This document shows, piece by piece, positions 1 to 8,683 of a stretch of DNA of 64,000 bases; position 1 is the first letter of the stretch, and each line of letters begins with the position of its first letter. The stretch lies in the sequence record NC_110934.1. One strand, given 5' to 3'. The translations under genes were made by a program, and so were the position numbers. This DNA is from Klebsiella phage KPP2018. Below the pieces are notes generated by a model. It was given only the letters and a program-made list of their open reading frames with translations, had not been told where the DNA came from and did not search any database.

Positions 1-699
1 TTACCGTGCCATATTCCTGAAAGAAGTTTTTGTATCAAATCCATGCGCTGCTAACCTGTCTTTATCTGATACTTTAATCATATCAGGCTCACCAGTTCCT
101 AGTACACCAAAGATATACTGTTCGAGAACTTGGTGTAAACGGTATAAGTTACTTTCAATTTCCTGCCACGGAATACCTGACTGATGGAAACGAATGTTAG
201 TCTGAATCACGAAGTTACGAACATCATCGTTATCGTTCTTTTTAATACCTTTCACATATGCAATCGGTACACGCAGTTCGGATAAGATACGTTCTGCTTT
301 AGGTTTTGCTTCAGCGAGCAAATCACGCATTGTTTCACGAACATCTCCACGACTCTTATCCATTAAGTAAGAGCGAGCATGCAATCCCATCTCTTCCATT
401 TTATCGAACATAGTGTCGAGATTAAACGTTTTGAAGCTAAATGCTGGATGCCAGCAGTACAGCTCGTGTAACCAGTAAACTTCACCTGCAACAAATAGTG
501 GGTTTACAAAATATTCGAAATCACCACGAAAAGATAGCGAGCCATCACGAAATACCTGGCGAGTATGCACAATGTTCTTTTCTGCATCATCGGTTACTTT
601 AACCAGCAACTCTTCAGTTTTACGCTCCCAAACACGATCTGGGTCGAACAAACTGTTTTGCAAATCATACACATCGGCGAACTTAGAAATAATCCTCAT
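1..699 (-). CDS. Hypothetical protein, 232 aa; duplicate at 29465..30163
   Basis: ORF track; T5-type promoter at 705..778; start of the next gene overlaps its 3' end. Confidence 0.7.
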   Translation of the reverse strand: MRIISKFADVYDLQNSLFDPDRVWERKTEELLVKVTDDAEKNIVHTRQVFRDGSLSFRGDFEYFVNPLFVAGEVYWLHELYCWHPAFSFKTFNLDTMFDKMEEMGLHARSYLMDKSRGDVRETMRDLLAEAKPKAERILSELRVPIAYVKGIKKNDNDDVRNFVIQTNIRFHQSGIPWQEIESNLYRLHQVLEQYIFGVLGTGEPDMIKVSDKDRLAAHGFDTKTSFRNMAR

Positions 700-704
700 A
701 TTTA

Positions 705-778
705 ATCCTCTTGCCTCAATCTATAAACATATTATACAAAAGTTTGGGCATCTAAGCAACTAAAATTTTATTATAAAA
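705..778 (-). promoter_or_regulatory. T5-type early promoter (-10 TATAAT at 731..736, -35 TTGCTT at 754..759, A/T UP element, conserved transcribed start)
   Basis: Matches the window-wide motif tcaatttataNaNatattataNNN(17)NagcaaNtNaatttttaa as written on the plus strand. Confidence 0.7.
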
Positions 779-781
779 ATA

Positions 782-818
782 GCCCAGTCGCAAAAGTGCA
801 GGCTGGGCTTTGTCATTA
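782..818 (-). terminator. Rho-independent terminator hairpin (agcccag...ctgggct followed by a T-run), apparently usable in both directions
   Basis: GC-rich stem followed by atttttat on the minus strand, after the stop of CDS 854..1234. Confidence 0.55.
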
Positions 819-853
819 TTTGCTTTTGCTAGTAAGTTGATTTAGTATCAATC

Positions 854-1234
854 TTATGTAATATTAGTTTCTCTAGCTTTGCGTAGTACCCCTGCATTTC
901 TCCACAATTTGATGTCAGCAACTGTTTCTTTATATGGAGCAATGGTAGAACCAATTGGGCCAGCAACTAATAGTCCAAAGAACCCTACAATACGCATGTA
1001 GAACAAGCATTCTTTGGCTGTCATATTATTTACTGCTTTTTTCTGCTTTTCATCTTTAAACTTCTGTTCTTGATCATCAATATGTAGATACTTAACAAAC
1101 CATTCAGCAGAATATTCATCCAAATGTCTAATAATAGCTATCGCATATCCAGCACCGATTAAAAACCAGGTTGTAACAAGAATTAGTAATATAGTCATAT
1201 TATCTCCAGTTAGGGCTAGCAGCCATCTCACCAC
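854..1234 (-). CDS. Small membrane protein, 126 aa (possibly starting at an internal Met)
   Basis: ORF with two hydrophobic helices. Confidence 0.6.
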   Translation of the reverse strand: MVRWLLALTGDNMTILLILVTTWFLIGAGYAIAIIRHLDEYSAEWFVKYLHIDDQEQKFKDEKQKKAVNNMTAKECLFYMRIVGFFGLLVAGPIGSTIAPYKETVADIKLWRNAGVLRKARETNIT

Positions 1235-1308
1235 TTACCGCACTAAGGGGCACGACTCCCTTATCCGTAACAGTTGCAGGTGACGCAACTCGGTCCTACG
1301 CGAGTTCT

Positions 1309-1593
1309 TTAGGTATTCTGCATTTCAGCTTTAAATTTTTTCATATTACGAGTTTTTCTATAAAAGAAAAACACAGATGTTGGGCCTAGAAGAATATCCA
1401 CAATAAATATCATAGATCTAGCACATCTGAGTAATGTTTTATCATCAAGAGGAGGCAGATCTAACGGTCGAGTTTTATGTATAACGTATAATATTACATC
1501 TTTATTCTTAGAAATATACAGATCATCAACCAAGCTGTAAATAGCTACTATAGATCCAATGATGAACCAAAGAGCAAATGGAGAGATAATCAT
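1309..1593 (-). CDS. Small membrane protein, 94 aa
   Basis: ORF with hydrophobic segments; overlaps the next gene by 4 nt. Confidence 0.6.
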   Translation of the reverse strand: MIISPFALWFIIGSIVAIYSLVDDLYISKNKDVILYVIHKTRPLDLPPLDDKTLLRCARSMIFIVDILLGPTSVFFFYRKTRNMKKFKAEMQNT

Positions 1594-1928
1594 TTCAGAT
1601 CCTTTTCATTAATTAGAATATTAGTAAACAGTGGAGTAACTCCTAGACTCATAGTAGGTCCAAACATATTCATGGCTACCCACAATTGCATAGTGATCAT
1701 CCCATCTTTAATCTCTGGATCTTTATATTCTTCGATACGTTTTTTAGCAAAGGCAATTACATCTGGAGTACTACCGTTCTTTACAACATGATCATGCCAA
1801 AACTGGGTATTCTCACTACGTAGGAATGTTAAAACATCCTTAGTTGCTGGAATCTGCACTGTGCTATTGATGTTTAGTCTTTTCACGTTCTTTTCCATGT
1901 TACTCTTCTCCTTCAAAGTCGCAATCAT
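1590..1928 (-). CDS. Hypothetical protein, 112 aa
   Basis: ORF. Confidence 0.6.
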   Translation of the reverse strand: MIATLKEKSNMEKNVKRLNINSTVQIPATKDVLTFLRSENTQFWHDHVVKNGSTPDVIAFAKKRIEEYKDPEIKDGMITMQLWVAMNMFGPTMSLGVTPLFTNILINEKDLK

Positions 1929-2307
1929 AACGACAAGTAAAAGAACTGGAGCTATTAGTACGTTGGGTGGTTATTTCACCGCGTTTGCTAATAGTAACGG
2001 CTGGAGTAGAGAAGTTTTTATTAGTATAGATTTCTACTTTACCATTACGTTCTTTAACATCACGAACTTTACCATACTCGGTAATAATGCCGTTCTGTTG
2101 GACTTTAACACTGCCATTTTTCATAGAAACTTTGGTAGATGCCAGAGAACCGAAACTAACTGCGGAGATCATCAGTGCAATAATAAACTTATTCATCTTC
2201 ATCCTCCCCACTACAATCACGACATACATCATAATCGTTGAAAGAACGTTCGTGAGCTTCACACCACCAAGAACAAGAATCGCAGAGAAACATTTCAGTT
2301 TTCTCAA
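1900..2307 (-). CDS. Secreted or signal-peptide protein (likely true start at 2202, MKMNKFIIALMISAVSFGSLAS...)
   Basis: Signal-peptide-like N-terminus at the internal Met. Confidence 0.5.
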   Translation of the reverse strand: MRKLKCFSAILVLGGVKLTNVLSTIMMYVVIVVGRMKMNKFIIALMISAVSFGSLASTKVSMKNGSVKVQQNGIITEYGKVRDVKERNGKVEIYTNKNFSTPAVTISKRGEITTQRTNSSSSFTCRYDCDFEGEE

Positions 2308-2470
2308 TTGCTTGGCCTAAAAGATCATCAGCTTCCTCAGCAGTAATCTTCAATCCGCACACATCTGCCACACGTTCTTTAATTAAACGACCTGCTTCGT
2401 GGTAAGACATACAGGTTCCCGCAACATCATGTTCAAGAACATGAACAGCACAGTCTAGACGAGTTTTCAT
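2189..2470 (-). CDS. Cys-rich small protein, 93 aa (CxxC motifs)
   Basis: ORF; promoter at 2478..2548. Confidence 0.6.
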   Translation of the reverse strand: MKTRLDCAVHVLEHDVAGTCMSYHEAGRLIKERVADVCGLKITAEEADDLLGQAIEKTEMFLCDSCSWWCEAHERSFNDYDVCRDCSGEDEDE

Positions 2471-2477
2471 TTCAAAC

Positions 2478-2548
2478 CTCTCTCATCAATTTATAAACAT
2501 ATTATAGCAAGAAAAGAGAGGTTTAGCAAATGAATTATTTCAGAATTT
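2478..2548 (-). promoter_or_regulatory. T5-type early promoter (-10 at 2501..2506, -35 at 2524..2529, 17-nt spacer)
   Basis: Motif family. Confidence 0.7.
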
Positions 2549-2894
2549 AGTCATAGCACCACCATAATCCACGCTTACGCATGTCATGGTCGCGATTATA
2601 ATCATAATTTTCTGGATCTTTCATCACGCGGTGGAGTTCTTGACGGTTCCCTTGGCGAACCATTTTATTAGAATGCCACTTAACATTCTTACTAATAGAA
2701 TTCCAGTTATAACCATCCTTTTTCTCATTACGAATGGTTGCTTCCTTCATTTCTTTTTTGATGTCGTCCCAGGATTTGGCATAAATAACACGAATCCAGT
2801 AGCCATTTTCTTTGAGGAAAGAATATTCTTGAGAGAATTGTTCTTTAGACTTCCACCACTGATCACCAGATTGTTTACGATAAGTACGGCTCAT
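2547..2894 (-). CDS. Hypothetical protein, 115 aa
   Basis: ORF. Confidence 0.6.
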   Translation of the reverse strand: MSRTYRKQSGDQWWKSKEQFSQEYSFLKENGYWIRVIYAKSWDDIKKEMKEATIRNEKKDGYNWNSISKNVKWHSNKMVRQGNRQELHRVMKDPENYDYNRDHDMRKRGLWWCYD

Positions 2895-2969
2895 ATTACC
2901 TCCATTAAGTCTTTTAAATTAACCTAATGTGGATGAATTTTATTATACATATATTATGTACCTTTATAC

Positions 2970-3012
2970 AGAAAAACCCCAGACTACTTATTCAATAGCT
3001 GGGGTTTGTTAT
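2970..3012 (-). terminator. Rho-independent terminator (ccccagc...gctgggg plus a T-run) after CDS 3016..3321
   Basis: Hairpin followed by tttttctgtat on the minus strand. Confidence 0.6.
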
Positions 3013-3015
3013 TAA

Positions 3016-3321
3016 TTACAGATCGGGGCGTTCATCTTCGAACGCCACGAAGCCATCAAATTCATCATTTGAAATACCACCAGTATAGGTGATGTCCGCA
3101 ATCATCGCTTCCATTTTCCGGATCTCCGAGGTTTTCATGCCTGCTTTACTATTCTTATAGTATTTGCGAGGGTTCCCACACATCCAACAAGAACAGATGC
3201 AAGGAGTAGTAGTGACAATACCTAACCGCTTAGGGCTTTCTTCATGTGGAAAGATTGTCCAATACTTCTTGCGGTTGTTCTTCACACGTTGCCGGTGATG
3301 ACGTCTTAATGCTCGATCCAC
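3016..3321 (-). CDS. Cys-rich zinc-finger-like protein, 101 aa
   Basis: CICSCWMCGNP motif. Confidence 0.6.
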   Translation of the reverse strand: MDRALRRHHRQRVKNNRKKYWTIFPHEESPKRLGIVTTTPCICSCWMCGNPRKYYKNSKAGMKTSEIRKMEAMIADITYTGGISNDEFDGFVAFEDERPDL

Positions 3322-3402
3322 ACATTTCTCCTAAAACTTGGGAGATAAATGGAGTTTGCTCGACTACCTTGCGTAGTTCGGAGAAACCGTATCCAAACCC
3401 CA

Positions 3403-3771
3403 TTACATCGCCTGAGTAAATGTACGACTAATAACGTCGTTCTGTTGTTCACGAGTCAGTGCATTAAATCGAACAGCGTAGCCAGAGACACGGATGGTCA
3501 ACTGATGATATTTTTCAGGATGTTTCTGCGCATCCAAAAGCTGATCACGGCTTAACACATTGACATTTAGGTGCTGACCACCTTCGATTTGAGGGGCGAC
3601 TTCCACTTTGACTTCACGGAAGGCTTCGGGATCGAATTGTGGTGTGATACCTTCTAGATCTTCAACTAGAACTTTCTGTTTAAGTTCACCATTGTCGGAG
3701 TATAGCTGAATAATCTGATTTTCATGAACAAGGTTAATTACGCCAGATTTAAGATTTTGATATGCTTTCAT
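3403..3771 (-). CDS. Hypothetical protein, 122 aa
   Basis: ORF. Confidence 0.6.
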   Translation of the reverse strand: MKAYQNLKSGVINLVHENQIIQLYSDNGELKQKVLVEDLEGITPQFDPEAFREVKVEVAPQIEGGQHLNVNVLSRDQLLDAQKHPEKYHQLTIRVSGYAVRFNALTREQQNDVISRTFTQAM

Positions 3772-3813
3772 TAGATCTCCCCGATGTTAGAATTTGGCTC
3801 AGCTCTTTATTCT

Positions 3814-4008
3814 TTATACTTTTCCATAGTATACGGAAACTGTCTTACCAGTTTGGTTCATGACGTATGCTACTTCATCTTCTTTTAAAAAGATGGCTTG
3901 ATCTACTCCAACTATAGCCAATCTCTTATTTCTAGGATTAAAGCTTACGCTTTTGCCCGTATGGATATGTTCACCATTCTTGGCTGACATTATTTTAATT
4001 GTTAACAT
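3814..4008 (-). CDS. Hypothetical small protein, 64 aa
   Basis: ORF directly downstream of a tRNA. Confidence 0.45.
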   Translation of the reverse strand: MLTIKIMSAKNGEHIHTGKSVSFNPRNKRLAIVGVDQAIFLKEDEVAYVMNQTGKTVSVYYGKV

Positions 4009-4045
4009 AGCTGCTCCTAAATTTAGCTATCTCTAGCTATTTTAA

Positions 4046-4122
4046 TGGTAGTTAGTAGTGGATTTGAACCACTGTAGTCGCTCCGTATGAGGGAGGTGCA
4101 TAACCACTCTGCCAACTAACTG
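4046..4122 (-). tRNA. tRNA-Met/Ile2 (anticodon CAT); CCA encoded
   Basis: Cloverleaf read by hand; T-arm motif; anticodon loop CTCATAC. Confidence 0.7.
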
Positions 4123-4217
4123 TTATGTTTTACTAGACTAAGTAAGTATTCTTTATACTCTTTAGACCAATTAGCTTTTTTAAACTTTCCTGGACGCATA
4201 GTCTTAATTCCTAAATT

Positions 4218-4294
4218 TGGTACTCCGGGAGGGATTTAAACCCCCGATCTCTCGGTTATCAGCCGAGTGCTTTAGATCGCTAAGCTACCGAAGC
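4218..4294 (-). tRNA. tRNA-Ile (GAT)
   Basis: Hand fold; loop CTGATAA; CCA encoded. Confidence 0.75.
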
Positions 4295-4295
4295 A

Positions 4296-4502
4296 TTAAT
4301 ATTTAATTGCAGAACGTTTACCATTTCTAGGCGCATCTGGAAGTCGTGCACGTTCTGCCATTCTTCGCTTAATCTTTGAGATATTTTCTAGTGTTTGTTC
4401 TTCAGGCTTAATACCTGAAACACTACACCACTGATTACCATCCCATGCGGTAATGATCATAACACCATTACCCATAATCTTTTCTGTGAAAGTAATTCTC
4501 AT
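4296..4502 (-). CDS. Hypothetical protein, 68 aa
   Basis: ORF. Confidence 0.45.
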   Translation of the reverse strand: MRITFTEKIMGNGVMIITAWDGNQWCSVSGIKPEEQTLENISKIKRRMAERARLPDAPRNGKRSAIKY

Positions 4503-4795
4503 TATAGCAACTCATCTAAGCAAGAGGTATATTTAAGTTTACCATCTTTATCTACTTTGATTTCGACTTCCGCTCGTGGTACTTGACGAACTACACCATG
4601 AATCATCTTATAGCGAATGCCTTTAGCTGGTTCACGATCTTTTGGAAATACTTGCTTAACCGTTACTACCTTGAAACCCTCACGCGGTGTTAACACTACT
4701 ACTTGATCACCTTCTTTGATCTTCCAAGAGCTAGGAAATTCATAGGTATAGCGTTGACCACCAGTTTGGAACACAACAGAAAGATAACGTTTCAT
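4502..4795 (-). CDS. Hypothetical protein, 97 aa
   Basis: ORF; promoter at 4803..4873. Confidence 0.55.
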   Translation of the reverse strand: MKRYLSVVFQTGGQRYTYEFPSSWKIKEGDQVVVLTPREGFKVVTVKQVFPKDREPAKGIRYKMIHGVVRQVPRAEVEIKVDKDGKLKYTSCLDELL

Positions 4796-4802
4796 TTGGT
4801 TT

Positions 4803-4873
4803 CCCTCTCATTAATTTATATAAATATTATAACAATAAATAAGAGAGAAAGCAAATGAATTTTTAATAAAGTT
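4803..4873 (-). promoter_or_regulatory. T5-type early promoter (-10 at 4826..4831, -35 at 4849..4854)
   Basis: Motif family. Confidence 0.7.
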
Positions 4874-5057
4874 TAGTCACTTCATAAACTATACTACGAG
4901 ATTCTTTATTACGTTGTATTAAATTAGCATATGCTTCTTCAGCTTCATTTTTAGTATTAAAGTCTATAACGTGAGAGGTATTAGCTCTGTTTGATTGGCT
5001 ATACCAGATAACTACTAGGAGTTTAAACATACTAATCCTTAAATTGGTGCTGGGCAC
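4863..5057 (-). CDS. Hypothetical small protein, 64 aa
   Basis: ORF. Confidence 0.4.
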   Translation of the reverse strand: MPSTNLRISMFKLLVVIWYSQSNRANTSHVIDFNTKNEAEEAYANLIQRNKESRSIVYEVTKLY

Positions 5058-5131
5058 AGGATTCGAACCTGCAACGGGATTACTCCTCCTGATTACAAAT
5101 CAGGTGCATTCAACCATTCTGCCAACCCAGC
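5045..5131 (-). tRNA. Atypical 87-nt type-II-shaped tRNA (15-nt extra arm) with anticodon TGT (Thr) as read
   Basis: Acceptor GCTGGGT/GCCCAGC, A73, CCA encoded; anticodon loop TTTGTAA; extra arm AGGAGTAATCCCGTT. Confidence 0.6.
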
Positions 5132-5296
5132 AGAACCCGTTATTTCAACGGGATTTCTTTTTCAATAACAGGGGACTTGTCAGTCATGACTGTCATTGCC
5201 ATTTGTTGTAGAAATTCAAAGGTGAAGGCTACACGTTCTTCACCAATCTCTACTTCTACACGTTTCTTTTGTTTATCGATCTTGACTTTCAGATTA

Positions 5297-5518
5297 TCAG
5301 CCATCTTCGGGTTCTCGTTGCTGCGCTACTTCTAGCCAGTCTGGTAGAAGAAACTTTGTACGAAATTCTTCGTAAGTTTCTTTGGGATAAAAGCTAAAAC
5401 CTCCTTTCTCGTCATTCAGGATAACAGAGCCGTCAGTTTGTTCGTATGCTCGGTATGTTTCTCCAATAACAATAACTCGTTTATCGGTACTTTTATTACG
5501 AAATTCAAAAACGTGCAT
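5297..5518 (-). CDS. Hypothetical protein, 73 aa
   Basis: ORF. Confidence 0.5.
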   Translation of the reverse strand: MHVFEFRNKSTDKRVIVIGETYRAYEQTDGSVILNDEKGGFSFYPKETYEEFRTKFLLPDWLEVAQQREPEDG

Positions 5519-5534
5519 AACGTTTCCTTAAAGT

Positions 5535-5610
5535 TGGAGCGGCTAGAGGGAATCGAACCCTACTCAGCGAGGCTTGGAAGGCCTGCGACACAACCCGTGT
5601 GCTTAACCGC
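5535..5610 (-). tRNA. tRNA-Gly (TCC)
   Basis: Hand fold; loop CTTCCAA; short D-arm. Confidence 0.7.
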
Positions 5611-5618
5611 TTATTGTT

Positions 5619-5694
5619 TGGCTGGAGAAGGAGGAATCGAACCTACCATTAACGGAGTCAAAGGCCGTTGTGCTAACCGTTACACTACTCTCCA
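5619..5694 (-). tRNA. tRNA-Gln (TTG)
   Basis: U1:A72; loop CTTTGAC. Confidence 0.7.
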
Positions 5695-5700
5695 ATTATT

Positions 5701-5776
5701 TGGCTGGAGTGCCTGGGATCGAACCAGGAACCTTCGGAGTCAGAGGCCGACGATCTGCCAATTGATCTACACTCCA
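5701..5776 (-). tRNA. tRNA-Gln (CTG)
   Basis: U1:A72; loop CTCTGAC. Confidence 0.7.
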
Positions 5777-5784
5777 ATAACCCT

Positions 5785-5985
5785 TTACTCTACAGGAACC
5801 GTGGCGATTGGTTCTGGATCTTCTAAACGTTTGCCTTCATGATCTACTCGAATAACTCCGCATCCTTCGCAAATCACAACAGCACCGTAGCCTTCTTTAA
5901 CTTCAGCTTCTGTAATCAAACCAGAAAGATCACCAGTATCTCTGCCCCACATATCAATGGAGCATTGTTTGCAGAAATCAGCCAT
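5785..5985 (-). CDS. Zinc-ribbon small protein, 66 aa (two CxxC pairs)
   Basis: ORF. Confidence 0.5.
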   Translation of the reverse strand: MADFCKQCSIDMWGRDTGDLSGLITEAEVKEGYGAVVICEGCGVIRVDHEGKRLEDPEPIATVPVE

Positions 5986-6010
5986 ATTTTATTTCCTATT
6001 TAAGTTAATT

Positions 6011-6087
6011 TGGGGTGGCTAGTGGAATTCGAATCCACATAGGCCTGATTCACAATCAGGATCATTAACCAATTATGATATAGCCAC
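6011..6087 (-). tRNA. tRNA-His (GTG)
   Basis: Loop TTGTGAA; CCA encoded. Confidence 0.7.
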
Positions 6088-6300
6088 AATTGAAAACTCG
6101 CAGGGTTAGCGAAACCTTCCTCAATTAGCATGTTCTAGAATACTAATCAAGTTATCTCCTATTGCACGCAGCTCAAGACGAGTACGAATTTTCAATTGTG
6201 GCGGCTCTCCGAAACTCTTCTACTCTAGCCTTAGCAGCTTACTCCCGAACGCATGTCGGGAAAGTCTTACTAAGAGCATCAAATAGCACCGTTACACTTT
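6088..6300 (-). ncRNA. Candidate structured RNA: about 120-nt region closed by a 14-bp stem (ccacaattgaaaa...ttttcaattgtgg) next to tRNA-His
   Basis: Long perfect inverted repeat; no ORF; lies in a transcribed tRNA block. Confidence 0.3.
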
Positions 6301-6321
6301 GAGCCATAGATATATCAAGAA

Positions 6322-6440
6322 GCAGAAGGACTTGAACCTTCACGAGATAGACCATTTATCTCAGCCGCTTTATGAGGTATGTTGCAAGGAGTGGATGTTC
6401 CTTATAAACCTTTTAGGCAGCCCCGTCTACCGATTCCGGC
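6322..6440 (-). other. tRNA-like element with a perfect T-arm (GAAGG TTCAAGT CCTTC) but no acceptor pairing I could find
   Basis: T-arm motif at 6331..6347; the remaining cloverleaf could not be closed by hand. Confidence 0.3.
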
Positions 6441-6471
6441 ATACTTCAAGAATTTTTATAAACCAGCAGAA

Positions 6472-6645
6472 GCCTCATTTAAAGCATCAACAATAGCCTC
6501 ACGTTGGGTCATTCCATACCCGGTGGAATCTAGGTGTGGCAAATAAGCCTTCCATCCCTTATCTGTTTCATGAAGACATGCTTTAAATTTTGTACCATCC
6601 TTCATTGTTACAGTAACTGTTTTGCTCATAAGATTTCCTTATAGT
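6472..6645 (-). CDS. Small protein of about 57 aa (MSKTVTVTMKDGTKFKACLHETDKGW...)
   Basis: Hand-translated; shorter than the ORF-track cutoff. Confidence 0.35.
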
Positions 6646-6649
6646 TAAT

Positions 6650-6739
6650 TGGCAGAAGATAATGGAGTCGAACCATCACCGTATCGCTACAGCGGGCTGG
6701 TTTTCAAGACCAGTTACGTACCACTACGTCCTATCTTCT
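6650..6739 (-). tRNA. tRNA-Ser (TGA), type II
   Basis: Loop CTTGAAA; long extra arm; G73; CCA encoded. Confidence 0.75.
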
Positions 6740-6745
6740 ATTGTT

Positions 6746-6836
6746 TGGCGGAAGAGGAGAGATTTGAACTCTCAAGCCGTTTTACCAGTCAGCCACTTTC
6801 CAAGCGGTTTTCGTCGCCAATTCGATTTGCTCTTCC
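6746..6836 (-). tRNA. tRNA-Ser (GGA), type II
   Basis: Loop TTGGAAA; long extra arm; G73. Confidence 0.65.
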
Positions 6837-6860
6837 AATAATAAGATGATGCCTCTATCA

Positions 6861-6905
6861 CACCAGGCAGTTACGCCTCGCTGGGATTCGAACCCATTAA
6901 AACAG
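6861..6905 (-). other. Orphan T-arm or tRNA 3' fragment (TGGG TTCGAAT CCCA) with no matching 5' half
   Basis: T-loop motif only. Confidence 0.3.
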
Positions 6906-6948
6906 CTCAACCAAGATAGTAGGTTTAATTTACTCTGACCATCAAATT

Positions 6949-7025
6949 TGGTGCGTGACAAGGGATTCGAACCCTCAAAACCCGACTTCTAAGGACGGTA
7001 TGTATGCCAATTCCATCAATCACGC
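6949..7025 (-). tRNA. Atypical type-I tRNA with Leu anticodon TAG, A73 and a 5-nt variable loop
   Basis: Loop CTTAGAA; a T:T mismatch in the anticodon stem; CCA encoded. Confidence 0.55.
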
Positions 7026-7030
7026 ATGTT

Positions 7031-7109
7031 TGGTGGAGAATAACGGAATCGAACCGTTCTGATGTCCTCGGTGCAAGCGAGGTGTCCACTCCATGCAGAC
7101 CCATTCCCC
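7031..7109 (-). tRNA. tRNA-Ala (TGC) with a G3:U70 wobble
   Basis: Loop CTTGCAC; G3:T70 is the Ala identity pair. Confidence 0.75.
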
Positions 7110-7320
7110 AAATTCTTTAGTTTACTAAGGCTATTAGCTCGGCGTAACTACAGCACCTTCGCTTCAAGCGGAAGGAACCGCGTCATCTCGCAAACCCGAT
7201 ACACTATTCAGTTGCCGCTGAATCTAGTGGACTAATCTAGAACTTCTCCCGAATCGTAGGGATCGTGCTTTTTGGCAGCCAGTCCTAGGTCGAGCTAATA
7301 CCTTAGTGAACTATGATGAG
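7110..7320 (-). ncRNA. Candidate small RNA: about 210 nt, no ORF, hairpins, downstream of a T5-type promoter and upstream of the tRNAs
   Basis: Inverted repeats ccttcgc/gcggaagg and ctagtggactaatctag. Confidence 0.3.
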
Positions 7321-7326
7321 GATTTC

Positions 7327-7398
7327 TCCTCATCAATTTATATAAATATTATAACAAGAAATTAAGCATCAAGCAAGTACATTTTTAGCGATTTCTTG
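7327..7398 (-). promoter_or_regulatory. T5-type early promoter firing into the ncRNA/tRNA block
   Basis: Motif family. Confidence 0.7.
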
Positions 7399-7737
7399 TA
7401 GTTCCTTTACATCACGAACGTAAAGGTAATCAGAGCTTCCAGAGTGCATACTTTGCATAACCACACCTTCATCTGGTGCATTATCCTTCAGAGTAATTCC
7501 TAACCAGAACTCGGCAAAACTAGGTGTTATCTCACCTTGACTTGCCTTGAATACATCATATTCTGTAAGTTCTTGACCAGTAGATAATCCCAAATATACA
7601 GAACTAAGATCAATCTCTTTATGAGACTCATAAAACTCCGATAGATCCTTTTCCATATCCCAGCCATGCTGTAGCGCGAACTCCATTGTCACATGACCGA
7701 AATAACCTTGAATCTTGCTTGATAATTGCATTTGCAA
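7369..7737 (-). CDS. Hypothetical protein, 122 aa
   Basis: ORF. Confidence 0.6.
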   Translation of the reverse strand: MQMQLSSKIQGYFGHVTMEFALQHGWDMEKDLSEFYESHKEIDLSSVYLGLSTGQELTEYDVFKASQGEITPSFAEFWLGITLKDNAPDEGVVMQSMHSGSSDYLYVRDVKELQEIAKNVLA

Positions 7738-7756
7738 TTCCTTATTTTGAGTTAAT

Positions 7757-7830
7757 TGGTACTCGGTGATAGAATCGAACTATCGCAACCGCCGTGTAAA
7801 GACGGGGTTCTCCCATTAAACTAACCGAGC
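7757..7830 (-). tRNA. tRNA-Val (TAC)
   Basis: Loop TTTACAC. Confidence 0.7.
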
Positions 7831-7834
7831 AATT

Positions 7835-7913
7835 TGGTAGATCGCCTGGGACTCGAACCCAGAACCTTCCGATTAAAAGTCGGATGCTACTAAACCTATT
7901 GAGCTAGCGATCT
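7835..7913 (-). tRNA. tRNA-Lys (TTT)
   Basis: Loop CTTTTAA. Confidence 0.7.
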
Positions 7914-7916
7914 ATT

Positions 7917-8084
7917 AGTAACCATTGTATACTTCTTTAATAGAGTGAACCTTCAAGTAAGGGTGATTAGTATTAAACTCTGACATTACTTCATCCCAAT
8001 TTTTACCATAATGGGCAAGTAAGGATTTTGATGTATTCTTACCTGAACGTTTGTCGCTTACTACTAATCGAAATACTTTCATTT
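7917..8084 (-). CDS. Small protein of about 55 aa (MKVFRLVVSDKRSGK...)
   Basis: Hand-translated. Confidence 0.35.
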
Positions 8085-8102
8085 CGAAATCCCCTATTAA
8101 AA

Positions 8103-8180
8103 TGGAAGCGGGTGCAGGAATCGAACCTACCTCTTTCTAGCTTATGAGACTAGTGATCTCTACCAGAGATCTAACCCGCA
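8103..8180 (-). tRNA. tRNA-Met/Ile2 (CAT) with a 1:72 mismatch
   Basis: Loop CTCATAA. Confidence 0.65.
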
Positions 8181-8186
8181 ATTGTT

Positions 8187-8262
8187 TGGTCAGTGCGGCA
8201 GGACTCGAACCTGCGACCCGAAGCATCCAAGGCTCCCACGCTACCAACTGCGCTACGCACTG
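8187..8262 (-). tRNA. tRNA-Pro (TGG) with C1:G72
   Basis: Loop CTTGGAT. Confidence 0.75.
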
Positions 8263-8303
8263 TTAATTCTTTTATTGTGGAGGAATATTAATAATTCGTC
8301 CGT

Positions 8304-8471
8304 CTACACAATAAACGGTACTAGGAATTGTACTATATATATGTAGAAATTCTTTATATTACTCTCCCCGCCACAGAAATTTTTAGCAAATTCATACTCT
8401 TTATTAATGGTTGAGTCAAATTTAAAACAACCAGTAAGTAGGAATACAGATAGTAATAAAATTTTCTTCAT
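8304..8471 (-). CDS. Small lipoprotein, 55 aa (lipobox LLTGC)
   Basis: Hand-translated MKKILLLSVFLLTGCFKF...; promoter at 8478..8552. Confidence 0.45.
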   Translation of the reverse strand: MKKILLLSVFLLTGCFKFDSTINKEYEFAKNFCGGESNIKNFYIYIVQFLVPFIV

Positions 8472-8477
8472 TTAGCT

Positions 8478-8552
8478 TTCCTTCTCTTCACTTTATAAAA
8501 TATATTATACAGATAATTAAGCAGAATAGCAAATGAATTTTTAATAAATTTA
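8478..8552 (-). promoter_or_regulatory. T5-type early promoter
   Basis: Motif family. Confidence 0.7.
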
Positions 8553-8559
8553 CTTATTG

Positions 8560-8683
8560 TGTAGGCCACCTGGAGGCTACCAACCCCACGGCTGACAAAG
8601 AAGTTTGCGAGACCTCTCTTAAATGCCAGAATAGATCCGCCGATCTATCGGAACCTACATAATAAGTAAACTTTATAGTGTCA
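8560..8683 (-). ncRNA. Unassigned non-coding stretch with hairpins inside the tRNA block
   Basis: No ORF and no tRNA fold found. Confidence 0.2.

Noticed and set aside
572-2927. Plus-strand ORFs 572..763, 1861..2241, 2087..2320 and 2586..2927, with equivalents elsewhere (3349..3555, 5438..5842, 6299..6496, 6649..6849, 8715..8933, 10206..10560, 47788..48501, 50348..50982, 52882..53121, 54938..55228, 55565..55831)
   Set aside because: They are antisense to better-supported minus-strand genes or overlap tRNAs, and they have no promoter or RBS and low-complexity translations. They are most likely spurious.
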